From assembly GCA_014729775.1 (NCBI GenBank), contig WJJJ01000026.1, positions 16,948 to 80,947 on the forward strand: a DNA stretch of 64,000 nt, read 5' to 3'. The notes beneath the pieces are model-generated. The model ran no database searches, was not told the DNA's origin, and saw only the letters and a program-made list of their open reading frames with translations. The DNA comes from Candidatus Omnitrophota bacterium. GTDB lineage: Bacteria; Omnitrophota; Gorgyraeia; Duberdicusellales; 4484-171. Made by a program: the position numbers and the translations under genes. This document shows, piece after piece, positions 40,846-51,060 of the stretch; position 1 is the stretch's first letter; every line of letters begins with the position of its first letter.

Positions 40846-42143
40846 TTCTCTCCTTTTTCTTCGTCCGCCTTATGTTCCGTTTCCGTTGGTTCTTCGTTCG
40901 GTTCCCGCGGCGGTTCTTGCTCGCCGGGTTCATCCTCGGAGGTATCCCGCCGCAGGGCTTCCTGTTCGGCTTTTTTCGCTTTTGCTTCCTCCTCGGCCCG
41001 GACCTTTTGTTCCCGCGCGGTTTTCTCCGCCTCTTCGATGATCTGCGCGGCCTTCTTCTCTCCTATTCCTTTCAGGTCCGACAACGCATCCAGATTCGCC
41101 TTCGCCAGCGTGCCCACGTTCCCGTAGCCGGCATCCACCAGCGTTTCGGCGATTTTCTTCCCCACGCTTTTCAGCTGTTTAATCACTTTTATTTCCTCTT
41201 CGATCACTTCCTGGGACCGGACGTCAATCTCCCAGCCCACGAGACGGGACGCCAGACGCACGTTCTGCCCTTTTTTGCCGATCGCCAGCGAAAGCTGATC
41301 GTTGTTCACCAGTACCTTCGTGCGCTTATTGTCGCGGTCCAGTTCGATCCGGGAAACCACCGCCGGCGCGAGCGCCGCTTTAATGAACGCTTTTATATCG
41401 TCGTGCCAGCGCACAATGTCGATTTTTTCCCCGCGCAGCTCCTCAATGATATTTTTGACGCGCGAACCTCTGATCCCCACGCACGCGCCCACGCAGTCCA
41501 CTTTTTCATCCTTGGAATAGACCGCGATCTTGGTCCGCTCGCCGGCTTCGCGCGCGATCGATTTCACCTCCACTATTCCTTCGCCAATTTCCGGAACTTC
41601 CAGATCGAATAATTTCTTGACCAGGCCCTCGTGTCTTCGCGAAAGAATAATCTGGGTTCCTTTATCTTTTTTTACCTCATACACGTAGGCCTTGACCCTT
41701 TCCCCCATCCGGAACCGGTCCAGAGGAGAAAGGAACGAATGTGGAATAACCCCTTCGGTTTTCCCCATGAGATCGAGAATGACCGCCTTTTTATCAAAAC
41801 GGTAGACGGCCCCTCCGATGATATCACCTTCTTTTTCCTTGAATTCGCTATACAGATTCTCTTTTTCCGCCTCGCGTATTTTCTGGATGATCACCTGTCG
41901 GGCGGTCTGCGCGGCGATCCGGCCGAACTCTTTTGACACGATTTCCTCTTCGCCGATAAACACGTGGATATCGCCTTTGTCCTTGTCTATTTCCACGCGC
42001 ACGTCCTCGCTCGCGGAAGTAATTTTCGAGATCTTTTTCGCCGCGACTTCCAGCGCGTGTTTGACGGCTTCAAGCAGGACATTTTTATCCAGCCCTTTTT
42101 CCCGTTCCAACTGTTCGACTACGCTCAAGAATTCTTTATTCAC
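40842..42143 (-). CDS. nusA: Transcription factor NusA
   Basis: FGRIAAQTARQ, AREAGERTK, AIGKKGQNVRLA, HhH and acidic tail. Confidence 0.97.
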   Translation of the reverse strand: MNKEFLSVVEQLEREKGLDKNVLLEAVKHALEVAAKKISKITSASEDVRVEIDKDKGDIHVFIGEEEIVSKEFGRIAAQTARQVIIQKIREAEKENLYSEFKEKEGDIIGGAVYRFDKKAVILDLMGKTEGVIPHSFLSPLDRFRMGERVKAYVYEVKKDKGTQIILSRRHEGLVKKLFDLEVPEIGEGIVEVKSIAREAGERTKIAVYSKDEKVDCVGACVGIRGSRVKNIIEELRGEKIDIVRWHDDIKAFIKAALAPAVVSRIELDRDNKRTKVLVNNDQLSLAIGKKGQNVRLASRLVGWEIDVRSQEVIEEEIKVIKQLKSVGKKIAETLVDAGYGNVGTLAKANLDALSDLKGIGEKKAAQIIEEAEKTAREQKVRAEEEAKAKKAEQEALRRDTSEDEPGEQEPPREPNEEPTETEHKADEEKGEN

Positions 42144-42173
42144 ATTCGCCCCCTTTAATCACCGGAATCAGCA

Positions 42174-42641
42174 TTATCTGAATTTTTGTTTTCCGGTCTT
42201 TATTTGTTCATACTCGATGTGAAGACAGGTCTCGCCCTTGACGCGAATTTCCAGCGCGTCCTCGCCTGCATGGATCACTTGTCCTTCCCAATACGTCTTG
42301 CCCGATACCGGTTCATTCATCCACACCCCGACCTCGCGCCCGGCAACCCGCCGGAAATCCCGGCACTCGCGCAACGGGTGGTCCAGCCCGGGCGAATTGA
42401 CCTCTACCGTATACTGATCTCCCAGCGCGGCGGTTTCTTCCAGATACGCCGTAAGAAGACGGTTCACCTCCGCGCACTCGTCAATCGTGATCCCGCCTCC
42501 GGAACGGTCGATTAACAGCCGCAGAGAAACTTTTCCTTTCGTCGGCACGAGCGAGTATCCGAAGAGCTCGAATCCGCACTTCGCCGCGACTTCGCCGGCT
42601 TTTCGCTCAATTTGCGTTTGCACCGCAACGGGTATACTCAT
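42174..42641 (-). CDS. rimP: Ribosome maturation factor RimP
   Basis: GITIDECA, YTVEVNSPGLD.PL. The start is reassigned to ATG 42641. Confidence 0.92.
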   Translation of the reverse strand: MSIPVAVQTQIERKAGEVAAKCGFELFGYSLVPTKGKVSLRLLIDRSGGGITIDECAEVNRLLTAYLEETAALGDQYTVEVNSPGLDHPLRECRDFRRVAGREVGVWMNEPVSGKTYWEGQVIHAGEDALEIRVKGETCLHIEYEQIKTGKQKFR

Positions 42642-42642
42642 C

Positions 42643-43857
42643 TCACACGTGCTCCGCTGCCGCGTCCGGGGACATCGCACTGCGTTCCCCGTCCGCCCGC
42701 GATTCCACTTCAATCTCTTTCCGGTCGGCGAACGTCCGGCCCATCACGAGGATCCGGGGGATCCCCAGCAGCTGCGCGTCACGGAATTTCACGCCCGCGC
42801 TTTCATTCCTGTCATCAATCAAAACGCTTCCCCCCCCGGTCTCAATACGTTCCGCCAGACGGCGGGCCTGGGGGATGAACTCCTGATTCAATACGACGAT
42901 CACCGCCCGATACGGACTCACCCGCGCCGGCCATATAATTCCCTTTTCATCGTGATTCGTTTCAATAATAGCCGAGAGCAGGCGGCTCACTCCGATCCCG
43001 TAACATCCCATTACCAAGGGGTTCCGTTTCCCGTGCTGATCGAGAAACGTCGCCTGCAGCGGTACGGAATACTTTGTGCCTAATTTAAACACGTGCCCGA
43101 TCTCGATCATCCGCGACTCACTCAGCGCCTGGCCGCAGTGTTCGCACTGTCCCGCTTCCCGGGCGTAAAGACCGCACCCGGCGCAGGCATACAGCATATC
43201 TTCGCCGATTTCCGCCGGGACCATGAATTCATGGGACACGTTGCCGCCCATAGCTCCCGGATCGGCTTCGCTCACCACGTATTCCAATCCGCATTCGGTA
43301 AAAATTTTCTGATAGGCGTCCAGCATCTTCTCGTAACTGGCGTTCAACCCGCTTTCGTCCGCGTCAAAACTGTAGGCGTCCTTCATCATGAATTCGCAGC
43401 CGCGGACCAGGCCGAACCGGGGCCTCATCTCGTCCCGGTATTTCGTCTGTATCTGATACAGCGTGACCGGAAGCTGTTTATAGGAAGAAATATATTTGGA
43501 CGCGATTTCGGTGATCAATTCCTCGTGCGTGGGCCCCAGACACAGTTTTCGGCCCTTGCGGTCCTGCACATGGAGCATCACTTCCTCCAGGTCTTTATCC
43601 CGCCCGGTCTTCTGCCACAGTTCCAGCGGCTGCAGCGCGGGCATAAATAATTCCTGCGCACCCGTTTGCTCCATCCTCCCGCGCACGATTTCTTCGATGT
43701 TCCGAAGAACTTTATACCCCAGCGGTAAATAGGTATAAATCCCTGCCGATACCATGTGCAGCAGGCCGGCGCGCAGAGAAAGCGCATGGCTTACGGCCTC
43801 GGCTCCCTTCGGAGTCTCCTTAGTCGTTGGGATGAATGTCTGGGAACGCAATTCCAT
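42643..43857 (-). CDS. proS: Proline--tRNA ligase (short form, no INS editing domain)
   Basis: GPTHEE, QTKYRDEMRPRFG, MKDAYSF, IEIGHVFKLG, MGCYGIG. Confidence 0.97.
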   Translation of the reverse strand: MELRSQTFIPTTKETPKGAEAVSHALSLRAGLLHMVSAGIYTYLPLGYKVLRNIEEIVRGRMEQTGAQELFMPALQPLELWQKTGRDKDLEEVMLHVQDRKGRKLCLGPTHEELITEIASKYISSYKQLPVTLYQIQTKYRDEMRPRFGLVRGCEFMMKDAYSFDADESGLNASYEKMLDAYQKIFTECGLEYVVSEADPGAMGGNVSHEFMVPAEIGEDMLYACAGCGLYAREAGQCEHCGQALSESRMIEIGHVFKLGTKYSVPLQATFLDQHGKRNPLVMGCYGIGVSRLLSAIIETNHDEKGIIWPARVSPYRAVIVVLNQEFIPQARRLAERIETGGGSVLIDDRNESAGVKFRDAQLLGIPRILVMGRTFADRKEIEVESRADGERSAMSPDAAAEHV

Positions 43858-43868
43858 ACTGTCCGTTC

Positions 43869-45119
43869 TTATTTTTGCTCGAATATCTCTTTGGAAAGCT
43901 CCACGCCTTTTTTCCGGAATAAAGGGAAAAATGACGGAGCGTTTTTCGCCGCGAACGCGCCGCGGACCTTTCCTTCTTCATCCACGTCTTCGACGTGATA
44001 CCGAAAAATATCCCTGAGCACGATGTCTTCGCCTTCGATCCGCTCCACCTCGGTCATATAGGTAATTTTTCTTGTCCCGTCGGTAAGCTGGTCATGCTGG
44101 ACGATCAAATCAACCCCGGAAGCGATCTGTTTCCGGATCGCCCAGACGGGAAGATACAGCCCCGCGTAGAGAGCCGTCGTTTCCAAACGGGTAAGGGCGT
44201 CGAACGGCGTGGCCGCGTGAATGACCGCCAGACAGCCGCGGTGCCCGCTGTTGAGCGCCTGCAGATAATCCATCGCCTCCGGACCGCGTATCTCACCCAG
44301 AATGATCCGCGTGGGACGCATCCTCAGTGTATTGATAAACAGATCCCGGATGGTCACCTCACCTTTCCCCTCGATATTCGGCGGTCGGGTGAGAATGCGG
44401 ACTACGTGATCCTGCCTCAGGGTCAGTTCCAGGGTGTCTTCGATCACGATGATCCGCTCCAGCGGACTCAGATACGAGGATAATACCTCCAACGTGGTCG
44501 TTTTCCCCGAACCGGTCGCTCCGGAAAACAAAATATTCACCTTTGCCTTAATGCAGGCTACGAGAAAGTCCGCCATCCGCTGATCAATAGTGCCGAGCTC
44601 AACGAGGTCCTCAACCGCGTTAATGCTCCGCAGGAATTTACGGATGGTCACCGTCGTCCCGCCGACCGACAGCGGCGGGATGATGACGTTTACGCGGGAT
44701 CCGTCCTGGAGCGAAAAATCCACATACGGGTACGACTCATCCACCCGTTTTCCGGTCGGAAGCAGCATTTTATCGATGGTATGACGCAAATGCGTTTCAT
44801 CGTCGAACTGCAGATCGGTCGGCACTTTTCTCCCGTCTTTTTCCATGTACACCTGGTACGGCCCGTTGATCATGATCTCGGTCACCTGGGGGTCCTGCAT
44901 CAGCGGTTCCAGCGGTCCAAACCCGATAAATTCGTCGATCAGTTCCCTGATCACCTGTTCCTGCACATCCCGCGCGATCACGCGGTCCTTTTCTTTTTCC
45001 CAGTAGTTGAATATTTTCGCCACCCGTTCCCTGACGATCTCCCCGGTAAGTTTCTGGTTCATTCCGAGGGAAAAACTCAACTCTTTCCGCAGTTCTTTTT
45101 TAATTTCGCGAACTTCCAT
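43869..45119 (-). CDS. cpaF: TadA/CpaF-family secretion ATPase
   Basis: [54 protein letters not shown]...IHA. Confidence 0.92.
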   Translation of the reverse strand: MEVREIKKELRKELSFSLGMNQKLTGEIVRERVAKIFNYWEKEKDRVIARDVQEQVIRELIDEFIGFGPLEPLMQDPQVTEIMINGPYQVYMEKDGRKVPTDLQFDDETHLRHTIDKMLLPTGKRVDESYPYVDFSLQDGSRVNVIIPPLSVGGTTVTIRKFLRSINAVEDLVELGTIDQRMADFLVACIKAKVNILFSGATGSGKTTTLEVLSSYLSPLERIIVIEDTLELTLRQDHVVRILTRPPNIEGKGEVTIRDLFINTLRMRPTRIILGEIRGPEAMDYLQALNSGHRGCLAVIHAATPFDALTRLETTALYAGLYLPVWAIRKQIASGVDLIVQHDQLTDGTRKITYMTEVERIEGEDIVLRDIFRYHVEDVDEEGKVRGAFAAKNAPSFFPLFRKKGVELSKEIFEQK

Positions 45120-45120
45120 T

Positions 45121-46167
45121 TTACAAAACCCCCATTTTCGATAATATGTCCCGCGCGTGGGCAGTCTCCGGTATCGTCCCGATAATTTTATTTTTGCGGA
45201 AAATCACTCCCCGCCCTTTTCCGAACGCTACCCCCACTTCGGCCTGCGCCGCTTCGCCCGGGCCGTTCACCTCACACCCCATAAGCGCGATCTTTTTCGG
45301 GAAAGATACTCCCTGGGATTGAAGCCGGTTCACCTCGTTGCGGAACCGATCCACGATACGCACAAGATTCACTTGACACCGGGAACAGGTGGGGCACGAA
45401 ATAATTTCCGGGTAAAAATGTCTCCGGCCCAGACTTTGGAGAATGGATTTTGCAACCCGTATTTCCCAGAAAGACGGTCCGGTAAGCGATACCCGGATCA
45501 CTTCGCCGATCCCCTCGGCCAACAGCATTCCGATTCCCAGAGACGACTTCACTACCCCTTCCAGAAAAGGACCGCTCGCGGTCACTCCCAAATGAAGCGG
45601 ATACTGAAACGTATCCCGGAATAACCGGTTCGCCTTGACTGTCGCCGGAACCGTGGAGGCCTTTAAAGACACCATAATATCAAAAAAATGCTCTTTTTCC
45701 AATAGCTTTATGTACCGGGAGACCGCGGCCACCATCTGCCGCGCCAGGCGTCCTTCTCCGCCCGTTCCCTGGCGAAACCCTCCGGAATTCACCCCGACCC
45801 GGATCGAAACGCCGTTCTGTTTCGCGGCACGGGCAACCTCACGCACCTGCGCGGCGCCGGTAATATTAAGCGGATTCAGCCTGATGCCGTCGAATCCCTG
45901 CTCAATCGCCTGCAGCGCCAGCCTATGCTGAAAATGAATGTCGGCAACGAGCGGGACCCGCACCCTTTTTTTGATATACCCGGCGATCGCACTGTCTTTT
46001 TTGTGCTTTACCGCGATCCGGATCGCTTCAGCCCCTTCGCGTTCGAGACGCTTCGCTTCCCGGCGCAAGGCCGGCCAGTCATCCATCCGCCCTTTGAGCA
46101 TCCCTTTGATCCGGACCGGATTCTTTCCGCCGACCTTCAACGGTCCGATCGATACGGTCCTGCTCAT
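45121..46167 (-). CDS. ispG: HMBPP synthase
   Basis: PLVADIHF, RVGVNSG, YPLHLGVT, ISCPTCSR, MGCEVNGPGE. Confidence 0.95.
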   Translation of the reverse strand: MSRTVSIGPLKVGGKNPVRIKGMLKGRMDDWPALRREAKRLEREGAEAIRIAVKHKKDSAIAGYIKKRVRVPLVADIHFQHRLALQAIEQGFDGIRLNPLNITGAAQVREVARAAKQNGVSIRVGVNSGGFRQGTGGEGRLARQMVAAVSRYIKLLEKEHFFDIMVSLKASTVPATVKANRLFRDTFQYPLHLGVTASGPFLEGVVKSSLGIGMLLAEGIGEVIRVSLTGPSFWEIRVAKSILQSLGRRHFYPEIISCPTCSRCQVNLVRIVDRFRNEVNRLQSQGVSFPKKIALMGCEVNGPGEAAQAEVGVAFGKGRGVIFRKNKIIGTIPETAHARDILSKMGVL

Positions 46168-47303
46168 TGTCCTGCCTCCGGGATTTCGTTCCGGAGAGAC
46201 GGGAGGACCCGTTGTTTGAGCGTCATTATTTTATCCCAGTATTTGGGACCGTACTTCACGATATCGTTATAGGACACCGTGAGCACCAGCAGCAGGATCA
46301 GCCCGATGCCGATTTTCATCAATATGCCTTCAGCCCGTTCGCTCAGCGGTTTTCGCCTGATCCGTTCCAAACCGAATACCGCCAGATGCCCTCCGTCAAG
46401 AACCGGAACCGGAAGCAGGTTAATGATCGCGAGGCTGATATTGAGCGCCGCGGCGAAATTCAACACCTGGACGACCCCCATCTTGGTAAATTGAGCCGTG
46501 TAATACACAATTGCCAACGGTCCGCCGGCTCCTTCCCGGAACGATATCGAACCGGTCAGGATGTACCAGAAACTCCTCGCAACCCGGGCCGTCAGTTTTA
46601 TCCACAGTTCTCCTCCCTTAAGCAGAGCGCCGGGGAATCCATACCGCACGGTTTCAGTGTTGACCTGCGGGGCAATTCCCATTATCGAAACCTCTTCCAG
46701 TTTCCGTCCGTACTCATCCCGGAGGACTTTCGTTTTCAACGGCACCGTGGAAGTAAAGGTATTTTCGCCGCGCTGATAGCTCACCGTGACTCTCTGCTGA
46801 GCCGCGTGGATGAGCTCAGCCATATGCTCCCAGTCATCCACTTCCGTCTCGTCTACCGCGAGGATACGATCCCCTTCCCGCAGTCCCGCTTCCGCGGCGG
46901 GATACCCTTCTTCCAGAGACCCGATGACCGGTTCCGATGACACGTCCGCTTTAGGATATCCGATAAACGCGATCAGGCAGAACAGGACTCCCGCCAGCAG
47001 GTAATTGCCTATCGGCCCGGCCGCCACTATGCGCGATTTGATCCCCGGAGATTTGGACAGGAATTCTTCGGGAGTACCCCGCGCCTCATCCTTGTTGTCG
47101 CCGGCCAGCTTCACGTACCCTCCCAGCGGAACCGCGCATACCAAAAACAGCGTATCTCCTTTTTTGAATTGAAAAAGCGGAGGGCCAAAACCGATCGAAA
47201 ATTTCTCCACTTTCACGCCCGAAAACCGTGCGACAATAAAATGGCTGTATTCATGCACCATCACCAACACGCTGAATATAAGAATCGCGACCAATAACGT
47301 CAT
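46164..47303 (-). CDS. rseP: Site-2 protease RseP (M50, PDZ)
   Basis: HEYSH, PLGGYVK, AGP..N, PDZ domain, NLLPVPVLDGG. Confidence 0.95.
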   Translation of the reverse strand: MTLLVAILIFSVLVMVHEYSHFIVARFSGVKVEKFSIGFGPPLFQFKKGDTLFLVCAVPLGGYVKLAGDNKDEARGTPEEFLSKSPGIKSRIVAAGPIGNYLLAGVLFCLIAFIGYPKADVSSEPVIGSLEEGYPAAEAGLREGDRILAVDETEVDDWEHMAELIHAAQQRVTVSYQRGENTFTSTVPLKTKVLRDEYGRKLEEVSIMGIAPQVNTETVRYGFPGALLKGGELWIKLTARVARSFWYILTGSISFREGAGGPLAIVYYTAQFTKMGVVQVLNFAAALNISLAIINLLPVPVLDGGHLAVFGLERIRRKPLSERAEGILMKIGIGLILLLVLTVSYNDIVKYGPKYWDKIMTLKQRVLPSLRNEIPEAGQ

Positions 47304-48439
47304 CCGGCTATCCTCTCTTTCATTTTAACCCGCGCCCATCGATCCCAGAAGAAAACATCGTCGATCTTCTTCACGGGACGGGAAGGATACACGCCGCGCA
47401 TCCACTTCATAAGCGCGCTGATCCGGTGAAACTTTATTTTCTCCCGCAGGAACGCGTCCACGAGCACTTCGTCGCAGGCGTTGAGTACCACCGTCCCGTT
47501 GTCGGCCCGCCGGGCCGTTTCGGTCACCAGATCGAACAAGGGAAACCTCCGGGCGGGAAGCGGCTCAAACGTCAGTTTCCGCGCGCAAAAATCCGCTTCC
47601 GGAAGATCCCGTCTCCGTTCCGGATAAAAAAAAGCCGCGGCGATGGGCAATCTCATGTCCGGCGGGTACATACAGGCAAATATCATCCGGTCCGGAGATC
47701 TCACCAGTGCGTGCGCGATCGACTCCCGGTGCAGCAGCACTTCGATCCGGTCATAGGGCATATCGAAAAAAAAGTGCGTTTCAATCACTTCAAACGCTTT
47801 ATTTACCAGCGTCGCGCTGTCGACGGTAATTCTTTTCCCCATTTTCCACGTCGGATGACGCAGCACGTCCCGGGGAGAAACATTTTTTAATTGGGATCTG
47901 CGGTAATCCAGCAGTGCTCCTCCGGAAGCGGTCAGATACACCTTATCGATCGGCGTATCGCGCATCTGCCACAGTTGGAAGAACGCGTTGATCTCACTGT
48001 CCACCGGCAGGATCCGCACGCCGTACTTGCGCGCCCTGCGGAATAAAATGTGTCCCGCGCAGACGACGGATTCTTTATTGGCCAGCGCGACCGTCTTCGC
48101 ATAGGGAATATGCTCCCATAAAGGTCTCAGCGCGTCGATACCGGAAATCGCCATCAGCGTAAGGTCGGCGTTCCTCCGGCTGAATTCGCGCAGGCCCGCC
48201 CGCCCGAAATAATACCGGATACGCCGGCCTCGCAGTTTCTTTCTCAATTCTTTTTCCCGTTGGGAATCCACCAGACACACCGCGCGGGGACAAAACTCCC
48301 GCGCCTGCGCGGCTAAGGTATCGGAGTCCCCGTAAGCGCATAACCCGTCAACCCGAAAACGCTTCGGATGCGCCCGGACGATATCCAGCGCGCTCGTCCC
48401 CACGGAACCGGTAGAACCGAATACAGCTACTCTTTTCAT
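47300..48439 (-). CDS. dxr: 1-deoxy-D-xylulose 5-phosphate reductoisomerase
   Basis: GSTGSVG, LANKES, PVDSE, TASGG, HPTW.MG..ITVDSAT. Confidence 0.95.
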   Translation of the reverse strand: MKRVAVFGSTGSVGTSALDIVRAHPKRFRVDGLCAYGDSDTLAAQAREFCPRAVCLVDSQREKELRKKLRGRRIRYYFGRAGLREFSRRNADLTLMAISGIDALRPLWEHIPYAKTVALANKESVVCAGHILFRRARKYGVRILPVDSEINAFFQLWQMRDTPIDKVYLTASGGALLDYRRSQLKNVSPRDVLRHPTWKMGKRITVDSATLVNKAFEVIETHFFFDMPYDRIEVLLHRESIAHALVRSPDRMIFACMYPPDMRLPIAAAFFYPERRRDLPEADFCARKLTFEPLPARRFPLFDLVTETARRADNGTVVLNACDEVLVDAFLREKIKFHRISALMKWMRGVYPSRPVKKIDDVFFWDRWARVKMKERIAG

Positions 48440-48444
48440 AACGA

Positions 48445-49236
48445 TTACTGGATCATCGTGACATACAGGTAGAACGTCGGCGCGGTAAAAATGATACTGT
48501 CGACCACGTCCAGCGCCCCGCCCATTCCCGGCACGATCTTACCCGAGTCCTTCACCTGACAGTCGCGCTTCAGCAAAGATTCGAACAGATCGCCCAGCTG
48601 GGAAATTACCGCGAGAATGATGATAAGAAAAAACTTCTCCCAAAACCCGATCGAGGTAATGAGCAGAGAAAAGAGAGTCCCCGCCGCGATACTGGTAAAG
48701 AACCCGCCGATGGAACCTTCCAGAGATTTCTGAGGACTCACGCGTTTGAGAAGCGGGGCTTTTCCGTATTTCTTTCCCCAGAGATACGCGCCCACGTCCG
48801 ATGATTTCGTCACCAGAATCAGAAACCCGCAGAGCAGTGCGCCTTCGGGCAAAAGCCTGATCCGCACCAGGAAGCTCAGACACCAGGAAATATAAAGAAT
48901 CGCGAACACCGTAGCCGAAATGGAAAGAATCGGCTGATGCGTTTCTCTTTTGGTGAGTTCCAGCAGGAAAAACAGAAACAGGGCCACCACGACCGAAATA
49001 AACTGTATCCCTTCCAGGACCGGGAAGCGGAAATGAATCGTTACCGGGATCAATATACCGGCGCACAGCGCCACGGCTTTAAATAACCGCACCCCTTTCT
49101 TTTCCACCATGTAGAAAAATTCATAGAGACTCACCGCGATCGCGACGGCGACCAAAAACGTCCACAACGGCGCATACAGGATCGCCGCGATCACCGACAC
49201 ACCGAGTACAATCGAAGTAATCACTCTTTTTCTCAT
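48445..49236 (-). CDS. cdsA: Phosphatidate cytidylyltransferase
   Basis: SPQKSLEG, GDLFESLLKR..VKDSG..PG.GG.LD..DS. Confidence 0.95.
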   Translation of the reverse strand: MRKRVITSIVLGVSVIAAILYAPLWTFLVAVAIAVSLYEFFYMVEKKGVRLFKAVALCAGILIPVTIHFRFPVLEGIQFISVVVALFLFFLLELTKRETHQPILSISATVFAILYISWCLSFLVRIRLLPEGALLCGFLILVTKSSDVGAYLWGKKYGKAPLLKRVSPQKSLEGSIGGFFTSIAAGTLFSLLITSIGFWEKFFLIIILAVISQLGDLFESLLKRDCQVKDSGKIVPGMGGALDVVDSIIFTAPTFYLYVTMIQ

Positions 49237-49949
49237 ACTTCCCCGTACCGTCTTTCCCTGCGCCGGTATGATTCAACCGCGCGCGCTAACTGCTCCCTGT
49301 CAAAATCCGGCCATAGAATGTCGGAAAAGTAAAATTCGGTGTAGGCGCAGTACCACAGTAAAAAATTGCTGATCCGCTGTTCGCCGGAAGTCCGGATTAA
49401 AAGATCGGGATCCCGCACGTCGCCCATGGCGAGCCGTGCACGGAACGCCTCCGCGTCGATATCTTCCTCGCGCAGGGTGCGGGCCGACACCTCGCCCGCG
49501 ACCCTTCGGGCCGCCTGTACGATATCCCACCTTCCGCCGTAATCAAGGGCAACCTGGAACAAAAAGCTGCAATTTCCCGCGGTCAGCTGTTCCACTTCTT
49601 CGATTTTTCTGACCGTGGATTTTTTAAGCCGGTCGCGCCGGCCGAGAATCCTCAACCGGATATCATTCTTCTGGAGATCTTCCTTGTACCCTTCGAGGAA
49701 CCTGTCCAAATAGGAAAAAAGCACCTTGAGCTCCTCCTGAGGCCGGTTCCAGTTTTCGGTGGAAAAAGCGAAAATGGTGAGTACCCGGACGCCGAGCTCC
49801 TTGGCGCTGCGCACGATCTCCTTGACCCGCTTAACCCCCTCCCTATGTCCGGCCGTCCGCGGCAGGCCCCGGTTCAGCGCCCAACGCCCGTTCCCGTCGA
49901 GTATGATCGCGATATGGGCCGGTATTTCTTTTTTTTCTTTCTCTTTCAT
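49233..49949 (-). CDS. uppS: Undecaprenyl diphosphate synthase
   Basis: HIAIILDGNGRWA, FSTENW.RP, IRTSGEQRISNF. Confidence 0.97.
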   Translation of the reverse strand: MKEKEKKEIPAHIAIILDGNGRWALNRGLPRTAGHREGVKRVKEIVRSAKELGVRVLTIFAFSTENWNRPQEELKVLFSYLDRFLEGYKEDLQKNDIRLRILGRRDRLKKSTVRKIEEVEQLTAGNCSFLFQVALDYGGRWDIVQAARRVAGEVSARTLREEDIDAEAFRARLAMGDVRDPDLLIRTSGEQRISNFLLWYCAYTEFYFSDILWPDFDREQLARAVESYRRRERRYGEV

Positions 49950-49960
49950 TTTTTTCGAAG

Positions 49961-49986
49961 AAAAAAAGGGGGCGTCGAGCCCCCTT
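49961..49986 (-). terminator. Rho-independent terminator
   Basis: Minus strand AAGGGGGC-tcgac-GCCCCCTT followed by a T-run. Confidence 0.8.
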
Positions 49987-50024
49987 AGTCGTGATCATCC
50001 CTGCAGCATTTACGCTGGTTGCGT

Positions 50025-50348
50025 CTATTGCGGTATGCCGTCGGCCTGTTCGTCGGCGACGAGTTCCTCTTTAAGATTTTCTTCCAGTTTCTCTTTGAGT
50101 TTTTCTATCTTGACGATCTCCGCTTCCAGCTCCGTGACTTCCGCTTCAAGCGAATCCACCGTCGACTGCAGTTCTTCATTTTCCTTTTGCAACGCATCAA
50201 TGTTTTTATTCAGTTCTATGCTGCGGGAAACCTGCTGTTGGTAACGTTCGTCGGTTTTCTTCATTTTGACCAGCACCGATACGCCGCCGATCACCAAAAT
50301 CACTATCAGACCGCTCAATAAACTCACGATCACCGGTTTCTCTTTCAT
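50025..50348 (-). CDS. Hypothetical single-TM coiled-coil protein
   Basis: N-terminal TM and heptad-rich C-terminus. ATGA overlap with the upstream gene. Confidence 0.75.
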   Translation of the reverse strand: MKEKPVIVSLLSGLIVILVIGGVSVLVKMKKTDERYQQQVSRSIELNKNIDALQKENEELQSTVDSLEAEVTELEAEIVKIEKLKEKLEENLKEELVADEQADGIPQ

Positions 50349-50992
50349 TTCAGTTCCTCCTGTTCATATTCGGCGGGTTGTCGCGGCTGAAGCAGCTCTT
50401 CTTCCGCCTTTTTTACCGTTTTAGGAAGGATGACGATTTCGACTCTTCGATTCAGCTGACGGCCCTCGTCAGTGTCATTGGATGCCACCGGCTGAAACTC
50501 TCCGTATCCGATCGCGGACATCCGGTTAGGAGAAATCCCCTGCTCTTCAAGATAATGGAGCACGCTTAACGCCCGGTGGGCGGAAAGCTCCCAGTTGGAC
50601 TTCCATCCTGAATATTTGATGGGCTGATTATCGGTATGCCCTTCGATCCCGATATTGTTCTGGGGCACTTCTTCGCGTAAAATCCTCACGACTTTATCGA
50701 GAATGGGCAGACTCTGCGGCCGAAGTTGCGCCTTCCCGGAATCAAACAGCACTTCAGCCACGAACGTGATCACCAGTCCTTTTTCCGCCATCTCCAGGCG
50801 GACCTGCTTATCCTCGATCTCCTGGGAAAGCCGCTCTTCAAGCAGCTGCCGCGTCCCCTTCAACTGGTCAAGTTCGCTTTTCAGATATTCTATCTTTTCA
50901 ATGTCCGATCTCCTGCCGCGCTGCAGCACCAGCGCACACCCCTGCACGCACACGAATAAGACCACGAGAATACCGGCAATAATTCGCCTCAT
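50345..50992 (-). CDS. OmpA/MotB-family peptidoglycan-binding lipoprotein
   Basis: Lipobox-like VQGC, VLFDSG, EGHTD, NWELS..RA, NRRVEI. Confidence 0.9.
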   Translation of the reverse strand: MRRIIAGILVVLFVCVQGCALVLQRGRRSDIEKIEYLKSELDQLKGTRQLLEERLSQEIEDKQVRLEMAEKGLVITFVAEVLFDSGKAQLRPQSLPILDKVVRILREEVPQNNIGIEGHTDNQPIKYSGWKSNWELSAHRALSVLHYLEEQGISPNRMSAIGYGEFQPVASNDTDEGRQLNRRVEIVILPKTVKKAEEELLQPRQPAEYEQEELK

Positions 50993-51060
50993 CTTTGCCT
51001 CCTTGTTTTACGTTCCCGCGAGCATTCCTTGGCGGCGGCTTCACGCGAGAGCGAGAGCAT

